A stretch of DNA of 64,000 nucleotides, from positions 2,590-66,589 of the forward strand of contig JADHUR010000003.1 of assembly GCA_016784445.1 (NCBI GenBank). Direction: 5' to 3'. A program made the translations under genes and the position numbers. The notes below the pieces were generated by a model. That model made no database searches and had not been told where the DNA came from. It saw only the letters and a program-made list of their open reading frames with translations. Position 1 is the stretch's first letter, and the number at the start of each line of letters is the position of its first letter. This document shows positions 1 to 10,105 of the stretch, in pieces. The DNA comes from Patescibacteria group bacterium. GTDB taxonomy: Bacteria > Patescibacteriota > Patescibacteriia > UBA1558.

Positions 1-175
1 AACAGATGCATCAATAGTTATTGCAAGTGTTAAACCACCTAGAGTAGAAGAAGTAGCTACTCCTTCTGAGACTGAAGAAGTTGCTGAAGGCGAAGAATCT
101 GCTGAAGGTGAAGCTAAAGAAGGTGAAGAAGCAAAACCTGAAGGTGAAGATAAGAAGGAAGAGAAGAAAGACTAA
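1..175 (+). CDS. rplY: 50S ribosomal protein L25/Ctc, C-terminal end (5' partial)
   Basis: Frame from nt 2 reads TDASIVIASVKPPRVEEVATPSETEEVAEGEESAEGEAKEGEEAKPEGEDKKEEKKD*, matching the V..PP motif and acidic tail of long-form bL25. Confidence 0.7.
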   Translation, partial: TDASIVIASVKPPRVEEVATPSETEEVAEGEESAEGEAKEGEEAKPEGEDKKEEKKD

Positions 176-177
176 TA

Positions 178-1176
178 ATGAAGAGAATTATACCCAATCT
201 TTGGGCATACATATTAATAGTGCTAACAGTTATACTGCTAGCACTATTATTTTTATTCATTATTGGTCCAGTTAATTGGCCACAGACAGAGGAAGTTGTT
301 TATATAGATAATGTAAAAATTGAAAGTTATGTAAAGGCTAATTATTTAAATATTATGTTAGATAATTCATCTATTGCCATGCCTCAAGCAGGTCTTGAGA
401 AAGCAATAGTTGTTTATGAAGCATTAATTGAGGGTGGTTTTACAAGACTTATGGCTGTATTTAATTCGGAAGATTTGCCAGAAGAAATAGGGCCTATAAG
501 ATCTGCACGTCCTTATTTTTTGACTTTAGCAGATGATTGGCAAGGGACATATTGGCATGCTGGTGGAAGCCCTCAAGCACTTAATAGTTTAAAGAATGAA
601 GATTGGAATTTTGTAGATATTAATGAAATTAGTTATCAGGGTATATATTTTTATAGAGATCATTCTTTTATTAATTCACATAATCTTTTTACTAGAGAAG
701 AACTTATTCAAACTGCATTAGCTAAATATGAGGTAGAGGATGAAATTGATTATCTTTGGGAAATCAAAGCTGATTTGCAGGAAGATTATAGAACTAAAGA
801 AAATAAGTATATACATATACCATATACGCAAGGAGCTAATGATGTATATTGGTTTTATAATAGAGAGTTTAATTCTTGGGAAAGATTTATAGGAGATGAT
901 CAGCAATATTATATTAATGGTGATTCAATACTTGCTAAGAATGTAATTGTTTTGATTGTAGAAACAAGGCTTATAGATATTGAAAGACTTGGTATGGATA
1001 TTATTGGTAATGGAGAAGCATTTTTATTCAGAGATGGCCAAAAACAAGAAATTACATGGAAAAAAGATAGAGATGGTAGCTTAGAGTTAATATCTGGGCA
1101 AAGACCAGTACAGTTAAATTATGGACAAACATGGGTTCAGATATTGCCACAATACCTTAAACTCGAGTATAATTAA
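178..1176 (+). CDS. DUF3048 (YerB-like) membrane-anchored protein
   Basis: N-terminal TM; motifs IMLDN, PQAGLEKA.VVYE..IEGG.TRLMA, IGPIRSARPYF, HAGGS, GQTWVQI. Confidence 0.85.
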   Translation: MKRIIPNLWAYILIVLTVILLALLFLFIIGPVNWPQTEEVVYIDNVKIESYVKANYLNIMLDNSSIAMPQAGLEKAIVVYEALIEGGFTRLMAVFNSEDLPEEIGPIRSARPYFLTLADDWQGTYWHAGGSPQALNSLKNEDWNFVDINEISYQGIYFYRDHSFINSHNLFTREELIQTALAKYEVEDEIDYLWEIKADLQEDYRTKENKYIHIPYTQGANDVYWFYNREFNSWERFIGDDQQYYINGDSILAKNVIVLIVETRLIDIERLGMDIIGNGEAFLFRDGQKQEITWKKDRDGSLELISGQRPVQLNYGQTWVQILPQYLKLEYN

Positions 1177-1181
1177 TATAT

Positions 1182-1682
1182 ATGGGAGATAATTCTGGCA
1201 ATGGCCAAACAATAAGTAAGATATTAATGATTGCAGTTATGATAGCCGCAGTTATTTTTGGTGCTTCTTATATGAATAATAGATGGGGCAAACTTAGAGA
1301 TATACGTAGACAAAGTGATGCGCAATCAATTGTTAAAGCTTTAGATTTTTACTATTCACAATATGGTCATTATCCAGAAGTTGAAGATGATGATGGTGAT
1401 GGTTGGGATAAGAGTAATGATATGACAGGTGTTAACTTTCTAGATAAATTAGTAATCACTGGCTATTTAACAGCCGTACCTTTTGATCCTGTGAATGATG
1501 AAATATTCTATTATCGTTACAAGAAATTTATGAAAGGTGAATATGGTTGTGATGATGACTTTTATGTATTCCAAATAGCTAGGTTTGAGAGTAATGAGAA
1601 TTCTTTAGGACATGGGAGCTGTCCAAATTTAGATTGGACTAAGATTGCACCACTAGGGTTTACAGTAATGACATTGGAATAA
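1182..1682 (+). CDS. GspG-like pilin/pseudopilin with atypical N-terminus
   Basis: Hydrophobic N-terminal helix then RDIRRQSD..IVKALDFYY...GHYP and VPFDP, typical of CPR pilins; no Glu at +5. Confidence 0.65.
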   Translation: MGDNSGNGQTISKILMIAVMIAAVIFGASYMNNRWGKLRDIRRQSDAQSIVKALDFYYSQYGHYPEVEDDDGDGWDKSNDMTGVNFLDKLVITGYLTAVPFDPVNDEIFYYRYKKFMKGEYGCDDDFYVFQIARFESNENSLGHGSCPNLDWTKIAPLGFTVMTLE

Positions 1683-1701
1683 GAAATTATATTATAAAAT
1701 G

Positions 1702-1736
1702 AAAAGCCCTGGCTATATTATAGCTAGGGTTTTTTT
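1702..1736. terminator. bidirectional intrinsic terminator
   Basis: AAAAGCCCTGGCTATA-TTA-TAGCTAGGGTTTTTTT between convergent genes. Confidence 0.75.
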
Positions 1737-1776
1737 AGACGCTTATGTCCCTGGACATTATATGTCTCCTTACTGG

Positions 1777-2094
1777 TCAGGTTATATTGTCATTAGAAAT
1801 AACCTTTAGATTAATGTCACGAGAAACATCGATCATGTCAATATCTTCTATGGGTATGACATGGTCTTTTTCACCAATTGCTTCATTGCCACTGTCAACA
1901 GTAGCGAGAACCTTAATCCCATTCACCTTAATAGATTTGATGAGACCAGGTACAGAGTCTTGAAAGATGTCTGTATTGGTGCGGTCTTTACGTAATCTGA
2001 TAAAGCCATAAAATGGTGTGTGTTGCTGGGCAAAATTAACTTGCTTGGCAATACTTTCTATGTGCTTTTCTTCAGGGCTTTGTTTGACTTCCAT
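1777..2094 (-). CDS. hypothetical protein (orphan)
   Basis: 105-aa ORF with GAGGT RBS and upstream TTGACA-17-TAAGGT promoter (2155..2127, - strand). Confidence 0.65.
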   Translation of the reverse strand: MEVKQSPEEKHIESIAKQVNFAQQHTPFYGFIRLRKDRTNTDIFQDSVPGLIKSIKVNGIKVLATVDSGNEAIGEKDHVIPIEDIDMIDVSRDINLKVISNDNIT

Positions 2095-2156
2095 ATTTAC
2101 CTCACTTTCTTTAAAGAGCTATTTTAACCTTAAGCGGTGAGTTGGGTTTTGTCAAA

Positions 2157-2981
2157 CTAAATTAGTATAATTTTGAGTAATCTTACTTTATTTGTTAAAT
2201 CCTTTATTTCTTCTATAGAGTAATTTGGTAAAAGTCTATTAATAAATATTATTAGAGTTTTAGCTTGCTCAGGGTTTATTTCCAGTAATATATATTCGGG
2301 CTTGTATTCAAGATTTTTAACTTGTTTTAATAGTTTTCTATAGTGATCTAATCCATCAGCTCCAGATAGTAGAGCAGTGCTTGGTTCACGTATAATACTA
2401 GTCTCATTCATTTGTTCTGGCGTTAGATAGGGGAGATTAGCAATTAGAATATCTATTTTAACATTTAAATTAGTTAGCAAATCATTTTGCATGAAATACA
2501 TATTAATATTATGTTTGCTGGCATTTTGTTTTGCTACTTTTAATGCCTTTTTTGATATATCTATCCCCAGGAATGAATTATTTGGAATATGTTTGGCAGT
2601 AGATATTATTAAACAGCCACAACCTGTTCCAATATCTACAATTGCTTTATTGATAGGGTTTATCTTTTTTAATTCATCAATAAATAGTTCAGATTCAGGT
2701 CTTGGTACTAATGTATATTTGTTTACCTTAAAGTCTAGGCCATAGAATTCCTTAGATCCTGTGATATATGCAATGGGATATTGCTTAATTCTTTTGTTTA
2801 TTAATCTATTGTATTTAAGTTGTTGGAATATATTTAGTTTTATATCTGGATTTGCAAGTAAATATGATTTATCTTTTTTTAGAATAGATGAAAGTAAAAC
2901 TTCAGCATCTAAAGAAGCTGAAGTAGAATAGTCATTTAATTTATTTATAGCTTGTATTAAAGCTTTACTGATTGAGTTCAT
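2157..2981 (-). CDS. prmC: release factor glutamine methyltransferase PrmC/HemK
   Basis: [40 protein letters not shown]; follows prfA. Confidence 0.95.
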   Translation of the reverse strand: MNSISKALIQAINKLNDYSTSASLDAEVLLSSILKKDKSYLLANPDIKLNIFQQLKYNRLINKRIKQYPIAYITGSKEFYGLDFKVNKYTLVPRPESELFIDELKKINPINKAIVDIGTGCGCLIISTAKHIPNNSFLGIDISKKALKVAKQNASKHNINMYFMQNDLLTNLNVKIDILIANLPYLTPEQMNETSIIREPSTALLSGADGLDHYRKLLKQVKNLEYKPEYILLEINPEQAKTLIIFINRLLPNYSIEEIKDLTNKVRLLKIILI

Positions 2982-4020
2982 TTTCTGCTTTAATTAATGC
3001 ATTTATAATTTCATCAATATCTCCATCTAATATATTATCTAGATTATGTAGAGATAATTTAATACGATGGTCAGTTACTCTATCTTGTGGCCAATTATAT
3101 GTTCTAATCTTTTCACTACGATCTCCAGTACCAATTTGAGATTTTCTAGCAGCTGAATCTTTAGCTCTTTTTTCATCTTCAATTTGTTGCAAGATGCGAG
3201 AACGAAGAACTTGCATTGCTTTTATCTTATTCTGTTGTTGAGATTTTTCATCCTGACAAGTAGCTACAATATTTGTTGGTAAATGCACAATACGTACTGC
3301 TGAATATGTTGTATTGACACTTTGACCACCGTGACCTGATGCACAGTATGTATCTATACGAATATCACTTGGTTCAATTTTAAGATCCACTTCTTCTGCT
3401 TCAGGAAGCACAGCAACAGTTGCTGCTGATGTATGAATACGGCCAGATTTTTCTGTTTCAGGAACACGTTGAACTCTATGAACGCCACTTTCATATTTTA
3501 ATTTACCATATACATTTGTGCCAGCTATTTCAAAGATAATTTCCTTAAAACCACTAAGCTCTGTTCTATTTGAAGATAGAATACTGATTTTCCAATTATT
3601 CTTCTCAGCATAACGTGAATACATTCTAAATAGATTAGCTGCAAATAATGCAGATTCATCACCACCAGTACCTGCCCTAATTTCCATAATGGCATTTTTC
3701 TTATTCAATGGATCTTGAGGCTTTGTTAATTCATCTATAGTTTCTTTGAGATTATTGATATTTGTTTCTAAAGAAATAATCTCTTCCTCCATCATAGTCT
3801 TCATCTCTTCTTCACTTTCTATCTCAATATCTTTCTTTAATTGTTTTAAATTATTTTTGGTATCTATATATTCCTTTACCTTTTCATAAATATTCTTTAC
3901 TTCGGAATATTCCTGAGAAATAGTCTGCAGCTTTTGAGAATCACTAATAATAGCCCGATCTTGAAGACTGACTTCTAATTCTTTGTATTTAGCCTCATAT
4001 TTTGTTAATAAATTCTTCAT
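2965..4020 (-). CDS. prfA: peptide chain release factor 1
   Basis: [21 protein letters not shown] (PxT), [16 protein letters not shown]. Confidence 0.98.
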   Translation of the reverse strand: MKNLLTKYEAKYKELEVSLQDRAIISDSQKLQTISQEYSEVKNIYEKVKEYIDTKNNLKQLKKDIEIESEEEMKTMMEEEIISLETNINNLKETIDELTKPQDPLNKKNAIMEIRAGTGGDESALFAANLFRMYSRYAEKNNWKISILSSNRTELSGFKEIIFEIAGTNVYGKLKYESGVHRVQRVPETEKSGRIHTSAATVAVLPEAEEVDLKIEPSDIRIDTYCASGHGGQSVNTTYSAVRIVHLPTNIVATCQDEKSQQQNKIKAMQVLRSRILQQIEDEKRAKDSAARKSQIGTGDRSEKIRTYNWPQDRVTDHRIKLSLHNLDNILDGDIDEIINALIKAENELNQ

Positions 4021-4089
4021 AGCTTTATTATAGCTTAAATTAAATAAAAAATCCCCATAGTAAATACGAGGATCTTTATGAATGAGTAG

Positions 4090-4380
4090 TTATTTTTCTT
4101 TACCGGCTTTGTTGACTTTTTTTTCAGCTGCCTTTGCTTTCTTTACTTTTTTACCTTTACGAGTTTTAGCAACCTCTTCTTGTTGTTTAACAATACGTTT
4201 AAATCTGTCAACACGACCAGCTGTATCCATTAGCTTTTGTTTACCTGTATAAAATGGGTGACAATTAGAACATATTTCAACTTTTAGTTCTTTTGAAGTT
4301 GATCCAACTGTAAAACTATTACCACAAGCGCAGGTAACCTTAGCTTTTGCATTATATTCTGGATGTGTATCTTTTTTCAT
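4090..4380 (-). CDS. rpmE: 50S ribosomal protein L31 (Zn-binding type)
   Basis: [32 protein letters not shown]. Confidence 0.97.
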   Translation of the reverse strand: MKKDTHPEYNAKAKVTCACGNSFTVGSTSKELKVEICSNCHPFYTGKQKLMDTAGRVDRFKRIVKQQEEVAKTRKGKKVKKAKAAEKKVNKAGKEK

Positions 4381-4419
4381 GAAATTTTAGTTTAATTTAA
4401 CTTTTCTGTAAGCGAAAGC

Positions 4420-4448
4420 AGTGTAACATTTGAGAGTATCTATGTCAA
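4420..4448 (-). promoter_or_regulatory. sigma70 promoter of rpmE
   Basis: - strand TTGACA-17 nt-TACACT with TG extension. Confidence 0.7.
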
Positions 4449-4823
4449 GTGCTTAAGTGCCTTAGATTTCTGTGAAATAGCAAATATTCCTAAGATTGTG
4501 ATATATGTTGCTGTGAATTCAGATTGAAGTTGATATTGGTGATTGAATATGGCTGTAATAATCATAGCTACAATTACTATGGTCCAGATTATTACATATA
4601 TTTCTCCATAATGTTTAGATATATATCCTTTATTGCGCCAACGAGCGATTTCTTTACTACCAACATATATTCCTAATATAGAGGCATAAATTACAGCAAT
4701 AGCACTTAAAGTGCCATTAAATTGATTTGGGTAAAAGAACGCAAATACAAAAACTAATAAAGTTAGCCAAGACCAAAAGTTAGTAAAATATTTCCAGAAG
4801 GATAAATTATTTATTTCTGCCAT
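4440..4823 (-). CDS. small 4-TM membrane protein
   Basis: 127 aa with four hydrophobic segments; internal repeat Y.SILGIY / YITILGIF. Confidence 0.75.
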   Translation of the reverse strand: MAEINNLSFWKYFTNFWSWLTLLVFVFAFFYPNQFNGTLSAIAVIYASILGIYVGSKEIARWRNKGYISKHYGEIYVIIWTIVIVAMIITAIFNHQYQLQSEFTATYITILGIFAISQKSKALKHLT

Positions 4824-4877
4824 GTATATATTGTATCATATTGTTGGGAGTATATTAAAATGTTATTATTATCTTAT

Positions 4878-5450
4878 ATGAAAAAAAGATGTGAATGGCC
4901 TGGAACAGATGATGAAATGATCAAATATCATGACAATATTTGGGGTGTTCCAGTTCACAAAGATAAAGATATATTTAAGTTTCTTGTTTTAGATAGTTTT
5001 CAAGCTGGTCTTTCTTGGAGTATTATTTGGCGAAAAGAAAAAGGTTTTGCTAAAGCCTTTGCTAATTATGATTATATTAAAGTGGCGAAGTTTAACAAAA
5101 GGAAGGTAGAATCACTTCTTAAAGATGTAAATATTATTCGTAATAGGTTAAAGATATTAGCTACTATTTCTAATGCGCAGAAATTTATGGAAATACAGAA
5201 GGAATTTGGTAGTTTTAATAAATATATTTGGCAATTTAGAGATGGCAAGCCAAAAATTAATAAATTAAAGACAATGAAACAGATTCCTACCAGATCTAAA
5301 GAGTCAGATGCTATGAGTAGAGATTTGAAGGATAGGGGATTTAAATTTATTGGCACAACAATTTGTTATGCTTTCATGCAAGGTATTGGTATGATTAATG
5401 ATCATACAATAGATTGTTTTAGATATAAAGAAATTAATAATTTAAAATAA
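4878..5450 (+). CDS. tag: DNA-3-methyladenine glycosylase I
   Basis: RCEW, YHD.IWGVP, FQAGLSW, IIRNRLKI, GFKFIG..ICYAFMQ.IGMINDH..DC; start taken at ATG 4878. Confidence 0.95.
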   Translation: MKKRCEWPGTDDEMIKYHDNIWGVPVHKDKDIFKFLVLDSFQAGLSWSIIWRKEKGFAKAFANYDYIKVAKFNKRKVESLLKDVNIIRNRLKILATISNAQKFMEIQKEFGSFNKYIWQFRDGKPKINKLKTMKQIPTRSKESDAMSRDLKDRGFKFIGTTICYAFMQGIGMINDHTIDCFRYKEINNLK

Positions 5451-5454
5451 TACA

Positions 5455-5673
5455 ATGTTTAACAACAGAGTGAACTTCCAATGGCTTAAAAAACACCCTA
5501 ATTGGCATTCAATAATAATTGGTGCTTGTTTAATAATGTTTTGGCGAGCAATTTGGGATTTATTGGATATGTATTTTATGCCTAGCTATCCAATGTGGAG
5601 TAATATTATTCCAGGCGTAATAGCATTATTAGTACTATATTTTAATGATTCACGCTTAAAGGAGATTGAGTAA
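5455..5673 (+). CDS. small 2-TM membrane protein
   Basis: 72 aa, IMFWRAIWDLLD.Y motif, 4 nt after tag. Confidence 0.7.
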   Translation: MFNNRVNFQWLKKHPNWHSIIIGACLIMFWRAIWDLLDMYFMPSYPMWSNIIPGVIALLVLYFNDSRLKEIE

Positions 5674-5728
5674 TTAGTATTGCCAATATTAATGTTTTAT
5701 GTTAGCATATTGGTACTTATTAAATAAA

Positions 5729-5800
5729 CCACACATTTTAGTTAATAACCTTCCTGCCCAAATAATGGGTTTACGGTTAAAAAAAGGCTAAAATGGAGGA
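5729..5800 (+). promoter_or_regulatory. rpsB (S2) leader RNA, putative autoregulatory element
   Basis: CACAC...TGGAGG framing; outer stem CATTTTAG(5734-41)/CTAAAATG(5788-95), inner AACC/GGTT and GCCCA/TGGGT hairpin; directly upstream of rpsB. Confidence 0.6.
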
Positions 5801-5815
5801 AAAAGGAAAAAAATT

Positions 5816-6493
5816 ATGTCAGTAGAACTGATCGATTTATTAAAAGCGGGCGTACATTTTGGACATACTAAGTCTAAAAGACACCCATCAATGGAGCCAT
5901 ACATATTTGGCGCTAAACAAGGTATTCACATTATTGATCTTGAGAAGACTCAGTCAATGCTTGATGATGCCGTAAAGTTTGTTCAAGAAATAACTTCTAA
6001 AGGTGGAGTTATTCTTTTTGTTTCTGGAAAGAAACAAGCTAAAGCTATTGTTAAAGAGGCAGCAGAAAAAGCCGGAATGCCATATATTAATACTCGTTGG
6101 CTCGGTGGTACTTTAACTAATTTCAATAATATTATTGATTTAACAAAGAAGTTAAAGCAATTTGAAGAAGAAAAAGTTAAAGGAGCTTGGGAACGTTATA
6201 CCAAGAAAGAAGCATTAGAAAAGGATAGAGAAATTATTCGTCTAAAAGAAATGGTAGAAGGTATTAAGAATATGACTAAATTACCAGATGCTGTATTTAT
6301 TGTAGATATTAAGAAAGATAAGACAGCTCTTGCTGAAGCTTCAAAGAAGAATATTCCAGTTATTGCAATACTTGATACTAATTGTAATAACAAAGATGTA
6401 AAACATATAATTCCTGGTAATGATGACGCAGTAAAGTCTATTACTTTGCTTACAAATGTTATTGCAGATGCTTGCGTAAAGCCAGCAAAATAA
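5816..6493 (+). CDS. rpsB: 30S ribosomal protein S2
   Basis: LLKAGVHFGH, RWLGGTLTN, DTNC, IPGNDDA. Confidence 0.98.
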   Translation: MSVELIDLLKAGVHFGHTKSKRHPSMEPYIFGAKQGIHIIDLEKTQSMLDDAVKFVQEITSKGGVILFVSGKKQAKAIVKEAAEKAGMPYINTRWLGGTLTNFNNIIDLTKKLKQFEEEKVKGAWERYTKKEALEKDREIIRLKEMVEGIKNMTKLPDAVFIVDIKKDKTALAEASKKNIPVIAILDTNCNNKDVKHIIPGNDDAVKSITLLTNVIADACVKPAK

Positions 6494-6521
6494 TTAATAA
6501 AAATTTTAAAATATAAAAATT

Positions 6522-7103
6522 ATGTCAAAAGATTTAATTAAGGATCTTAGAGCTAAAACTGGTGCAGGTATGAATGATTGTCACCTTGCCCTAAAAGAAA
6601 ATGATAATGATTATGATAAAGCATTATCATGGCTTAGAAAAAAAGGTGAGAAAATAGCTACTAAGAAACAGGATAGAGAGATTAAAGAAGGCTTAATTGA
6701 AGCATATATTCACCCAGGTGGAAAAGTAGGAGTATTACTTGAACTTGGTTGTGAAACAGATTTCGTAGCAAAGACTGATGATTTTAAAAACTTAGCTCAT
6801 GAAATTGCATTGCAAATTGCAGCTACATCTCCAGAGTATATAACTCCAGAAGAAGTTCCAGCTGAACTTATTGAAAAAGAGAAGGATGTATATGCAGAAC
6901 AATTAAAGAAAGAAGGAAAGCCAGCTGAGATGCTAGAAAAGATTATGGCTGGTAAATTAGATAAATTCTATAGTGATATATGTTTATTGAAGCAACCATA
7001 TATTAAAGATGACAGTATGACGATTGAAAAGATGTTAACAGATTCTATTGGTAGAATTGGAGAGAACATTCGTATTGATCGCTTTACTCGTTATTCACTA
7101 TAA
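6522..7103 (+). CDS. tsf: elongation factor Ts (short form)
   Basis: IKDLRAKTGAG..DC, ELGCETDFVA; follows rpsB. Confidence 0.97.
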   Translation: MSKDLIKDLRAKTGAGMNDCHLALKENDNDYDKALSWLRKKGEKIATKKQDREIKEGLIEAYIHPGGKVGVLLELGCETDFVAKTDDFKNLAHEIALQIAATSPEYITPEEVPAELIEKEKDVYAEQLKKEGKPAEMLEKIMAGKLDKFYSDICLLKQPYIKDDSMTIEKMLTDSIGRIGENIRIDRFTRYSL

Positions 7104-7105
7104 TC

Positions 7106-7813
7106 ATGGAATTAAAATATACTAAAGTATTATTAAAATTATCTGGCATGGCTGTTGCTAATGACCAGAAAGATTTTGACTTTTCTAAGGTTGAAAAACT
7201 TGTTAAGGAGATTAAAGAGTTACAAAACATGGGTTTGCAGCTTGCTATTGTGATTGGTGGTGGAAATATTATGCGTGGTCGTTCTATTAAAAAAGGTGAG
7301 ATTGATGTGGATAGAGCAGACTATATGGGAATGCTAGCAACCAATATTAATAGCTTAGCACTGGGTGGTATTATGGATAAGCTAGGAGTAGCTAATCAGG
7401 TATTATCTGCTTGGCCAATGAAAGGACTTGTTCCAGAAGCATCTAAAGACAATATGAAGAAATGTTTGAAAGAGAATAAAGTAATCATATTTGGTGGTGG
7501 AACTGGACTTCCTGGTAGATCTACAGATACAACTTCAACTTTAAGAGCAAAAGAGGCTGGTATGGATATTATTCTAAAATCTACAGATGTTGCTGGTGTA
7601 TATGATTCAGATCCACATGAGAATCCAGATGCTAAGATGTATGATAGTTTAACTTATGATATGGCTATTGAGAAGAAATTGAAAGTTATGGATGAATTAG
7701 CATTTAATATGGCAAAAGAGGAAGATATGAAGATTATTGTTTTTGAAATGAAAGAAGGTAATTTAACTAAAGTTGTGTCAGGAGAAAAGATTGGCACTAT
7801 TGTTTCAAATTAA
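7106..7813 (+). CDS. pyrH: UMP kinase
   Basis: VLLKLSG, IVIGGGNI.RG, ADYMGMLAT, STDT, GVYDSDP, LKVMD. Confidence 0.95.
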   Translation: MELKYTKVLLKLSGMAVANDQKDFDFSKVEKLVKEIKELQNMGLQLAIVIGGGNIMRGRSIKKGEIDVDRADYMGMLATNINSLALGGIMDKLGVANQVLSAWPMKGLVPEASKDNMKKCLKENKVIIFGGGTGLPGRSTDTTSTLRAKEAGMDIILKSTDVAGVYDSDPHENPDAKMYDSLTYDMAIEKKLKVMDELAFNMAKEEDMKIIVFEMKEGNLTKVVSGEKIGTIVSN

Positions 7814-8634
7814 TGGATATAATTGAAGTACAATTTACACCTTGGGATCAGATATATTATTTTTCTTATCCCGAGCAAACAGATCATAGTAGAGTTGTGA
7901 TGGGTAATAAGCTAGTTGTAAAGACATCTATTGGTCTTGAACTTGGCACTATTGTAGGTTTGAAGAAACTTAAGGATGAAGAGGTGAAAGCTTTAGAATC
8001 TAAAGATCAACCAGTCGTGCCATTTATTAGAGTTGCTAATGATGATGATATTGCACAAGATGCAAAATCTAATACAGATAATGCTAGTCGGGTTAAATAT
8101 TGTCAGGGGCAAGTTAAGAAACATAAATTAACAATGAAATTAGTAGATTGTCACTGTTCTTTTGATAATAATCGTATTACATTTGCCTTTATTGCAGATG
8201 GTAGAGTAGATTTTAGAGATCTTGTTAAGGAATTAACAAAGCATTTTAAGAAAACCATTCGTTTGCAACAATTAGGTGTTAGAGATGAAGCTAAACTTAC
8301 TGGAGATTTCGGATCATGTGGTTTAAAATTATGTTGCCAGGGGCATTTAAAATCACTTGGAAATGTATCTACTGAATTTGCAAAAGATCAGATGATAGCA
8401 CATAGAGGAAGCGATAGACTATCAGGTCAATGTGGAAGACTTAAATGTTGCCTTGCCTATGAAGAAGATTTTTATAGAGAAGAATTAAAGAATTACCCAA
8501 AGATTGGTGAAAAAGTTAAGACAAAGAGTGGCACGGGTTATGTAATTGGACTTAATATTTTAAGTAAAACCTTTGATGTTAGAATTAAGGATGACAAAAA
8601 AGGTGATGCCATTGTTCAAGTAGATATTAAATAG
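7813..8634 (+). CDS. PSP1-domain protein (YaaT/RicT family)
   Basis: F.ADGRVDFRDLVKEL, RLQQLGVRDEAK, G.CG..LCC, LSGQCGRLKCCL.YE. Confidence 0.92.
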   Translation: MDIIEVQFTPWDQIYYFSYPEQTDHSRVVMGNKLVVKTSIGLELGTIVGLKKLKDEEVKALESKDQPVVPFIRVANDDDIAQDAKSNTDNASRVKYCQGQVKKHKLTMKLVDCHCSFDNNRITFAFIADGRVDFRDLVKELTKHFKKTIRLQQLGVRDEAKLTGDFGSCGLKLCCQGHLKSLGNVSTEFAKDQMIAHRGSDRLSGQCGRLKCCLAYEEDFYREELKNYPKIGEKVKTKSGTGYVIGLNILSKTFDVRIKDDKKGDAIVQVDIK

Positions 8635-8644
8635 ACTTATATAT

Positions 8645-8677
8645 AAAGGCTACTATTGTTTAAATAGTGGTTTTTTG
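8645..8677 (+). terminator. intrinsic terminator
   Basis: GGCTACTATT..AATAGTGGTT followed by T-run. Confidence 0.6.
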
Positions 8678-8741
8678 TTTGACTTTTTTTATTTCCTTAA
8701 AAAAGCTATAATAGATGCAAGATAAATAATATATTACTTAT

Positions 8742-9752
8742 ATGGTTAAAAACAATAAGATTAGAGTAGCTATAAATGGTTTTGGTAGAGTAGGTAGAGC
8801 TGCTTTTAAAGTATTACTTGAAAAGAGGAATATGGAAGTGGTAGCTATTAATGATTTAACAGATGCTGAAACTTTAGCTCATTTATTGAATTATGATACT
8901 ACTTATGGAGTTTCAATGAAAAAGATTAGTTCAACTACTAGTGATATAGTAGTAAATGGTAAGCATTATCCAGTATTAGCTGTAAAAGAACCAACTAAGC
9001 TTCCTTGGAAGAAAATGAAAGTAGATATAGTTTTAGAATGTACCGGTATTTTTAGAACTAGGGAGTTGGCAGGTAAGCATAATAAAGCAGGTGCTAAGAA
9101 AGTTATAATTTCTGCACCAGCTAAAGGTGATGGTGTGGGCACCTTTGTATTGGGTGTAAATGAGAATAGTTATGGTAATGAAAAGGTCATCAACAATGCA
9201 TCATGTACTACTAATTGTGTAGCACCAGTAGCGCAAGTTATGCATAGTAATTTTAAAGTATTAAAAGCTATGATGACGACTATTCACTCATATACAGCTG
9301 ACCAAAGATTACAAGATGCGCCACATAAAGATTTAAGAAGAGCAAGAGCAGCTGCTCAAAATATTGTACCAACAACAACAGGAGCAGCTATTGCTACCAC
9401 AGAAACTATTCCAGAACTTAAAGGTATATTTGATGGTATGGCTATTAGAGTACCAACTATTAATGGCTCATTATCTGACTTTACATTTTTAGTAAATAAG
9501 GATGTAACTGTAGATCAGGTAAATAATGCGATGATAAAAGCAAGTAAATCTCCAAGATTAAAAAATATCTTAGAAGTTACAAATGAGCCAATAGTTTCTT
9601 CCGATATTATTGGTAATCCAGCATCAGCAATTGTAGATTTGAGTTTAACACAAGTTGTTGATGGTAATATGGTAAAGGTTGTAGTTTGGTATGATAATGA
9701 ATGGGGTTATGCAAATCGCTTAGTTGAAATGATTAATCAAGTGAATAAATAA
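8742..9752 (+). CDS. gap: type I glyceraldehyde-3-phosphate dehydrogenase
   Basis: INGFGRVGR, ASCTTNC, WYDNEWGY. Confidence 0.98.
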   Translation: MVKNNKIRVAINGFGRVGRAAFKVLLEKRNMEVVAINDLTDAETLAHLLNYDTTYGVSMKKISSTTSDIVVNGKHYPVLAVKEPTKLPWKKMKVDIVLECTGIFRTRELAGKHNKAGAKKVIISAPAKGDGVGTFVLGVNENSYGNEKVINNASCTTNCVAPVAQVMHSNFKVLKAMMTTIHSYTADQRLQDAPHKDLRRARAAAQNIVPTTTGAAIATTETIPELKGIFDGMAIRVPTINGSLSDFTFLVNKDVTVDQVNNAMIKASKSPRLKNILEVTNEPIVSSDIIGNPASAIVDLSLTQVVDGNMVKVVVWYDNEWGYANRLVEMINQVNK

Positions 9753-9772
9753 TTAATAATTAACAAAAAAAT

Positions 9773-10006
9773 ATGTTTATTGCTATATTTATCTTCATTG
9801 TTGGTTTAGTGTTATTGCTAACTAACTTAGGAGTTCTTGCAACAAGTGTTTGGGATATTGTTTGGCCAGTACTTATAATGGTATTTGCTGTATCTATGTA
9901 CATGCACAAGATGGGTTATTGCAAATGTTGTGGTAAGGGTTCTAAATGTTGTAAGGATGGTGAAGAAAAAGGCCATGGAGATTGCTGTGGTCACGATCAC
10001 AAATAA
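9773..10006 (+). CDS. small 2-TM membrane protein with Cys/His-rich tail
   Basis: LLLTNLG...WDIVWPV.I (LiaF-TM-like) then CKCC..CC..HGDCCGHDHK. Confidence 0.75.
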   Translation: MFIAIFIFIVGLVLLLTNLGVLATSVWDIVWPVLIMVFAVSMYMHKMGYCKCCGKGSKCCKDGEEKGHGDCCGHDHK

Positions 10007-10026
10007 TAGATAATATATTATTATAT

Positions 10027-10054
10027 AAAAGAGCTGTATTTACAGCTCTTTTTT
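10027..10054 (+). terminator. intrinsic terminator
   Basis: AAAAGAGCTGTA-TT-TACAGCTCTTTTTT. Confidence 0.8.
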
Positions 10055-10070
10055 AATCCACAGGATAGTC

Positions 10071-10099
10071 TTGACGTTTTTTTTCTACGGTTGTAAAGT
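10071..10099 (+). promoter_or_regulatory. sigma70-like promoter upstream of structured RNA
   Basis: TTGACG-17 nt-TAAAGT. Confidence 0.55.
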
Positions 10100-10105
10100 A
10101 TTATT

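Noticed and set aside
81-275. 64-aa ORF in the track
   Set aside because: Out-of-frame shadow of the rplY tail and the DUF3048 start.
2157-2981. NLPY instead of NPPY in PrmC
   Set aside because: A known tolerated variant; the rest of the protein and its context are ordinary.
9920-9955. GKGSKCC in the 77-aa protein resembling the precursor's GKGSCSIC
   Set aside because: A four-residue match in an unlinked membrane protein; chance is sufficient.
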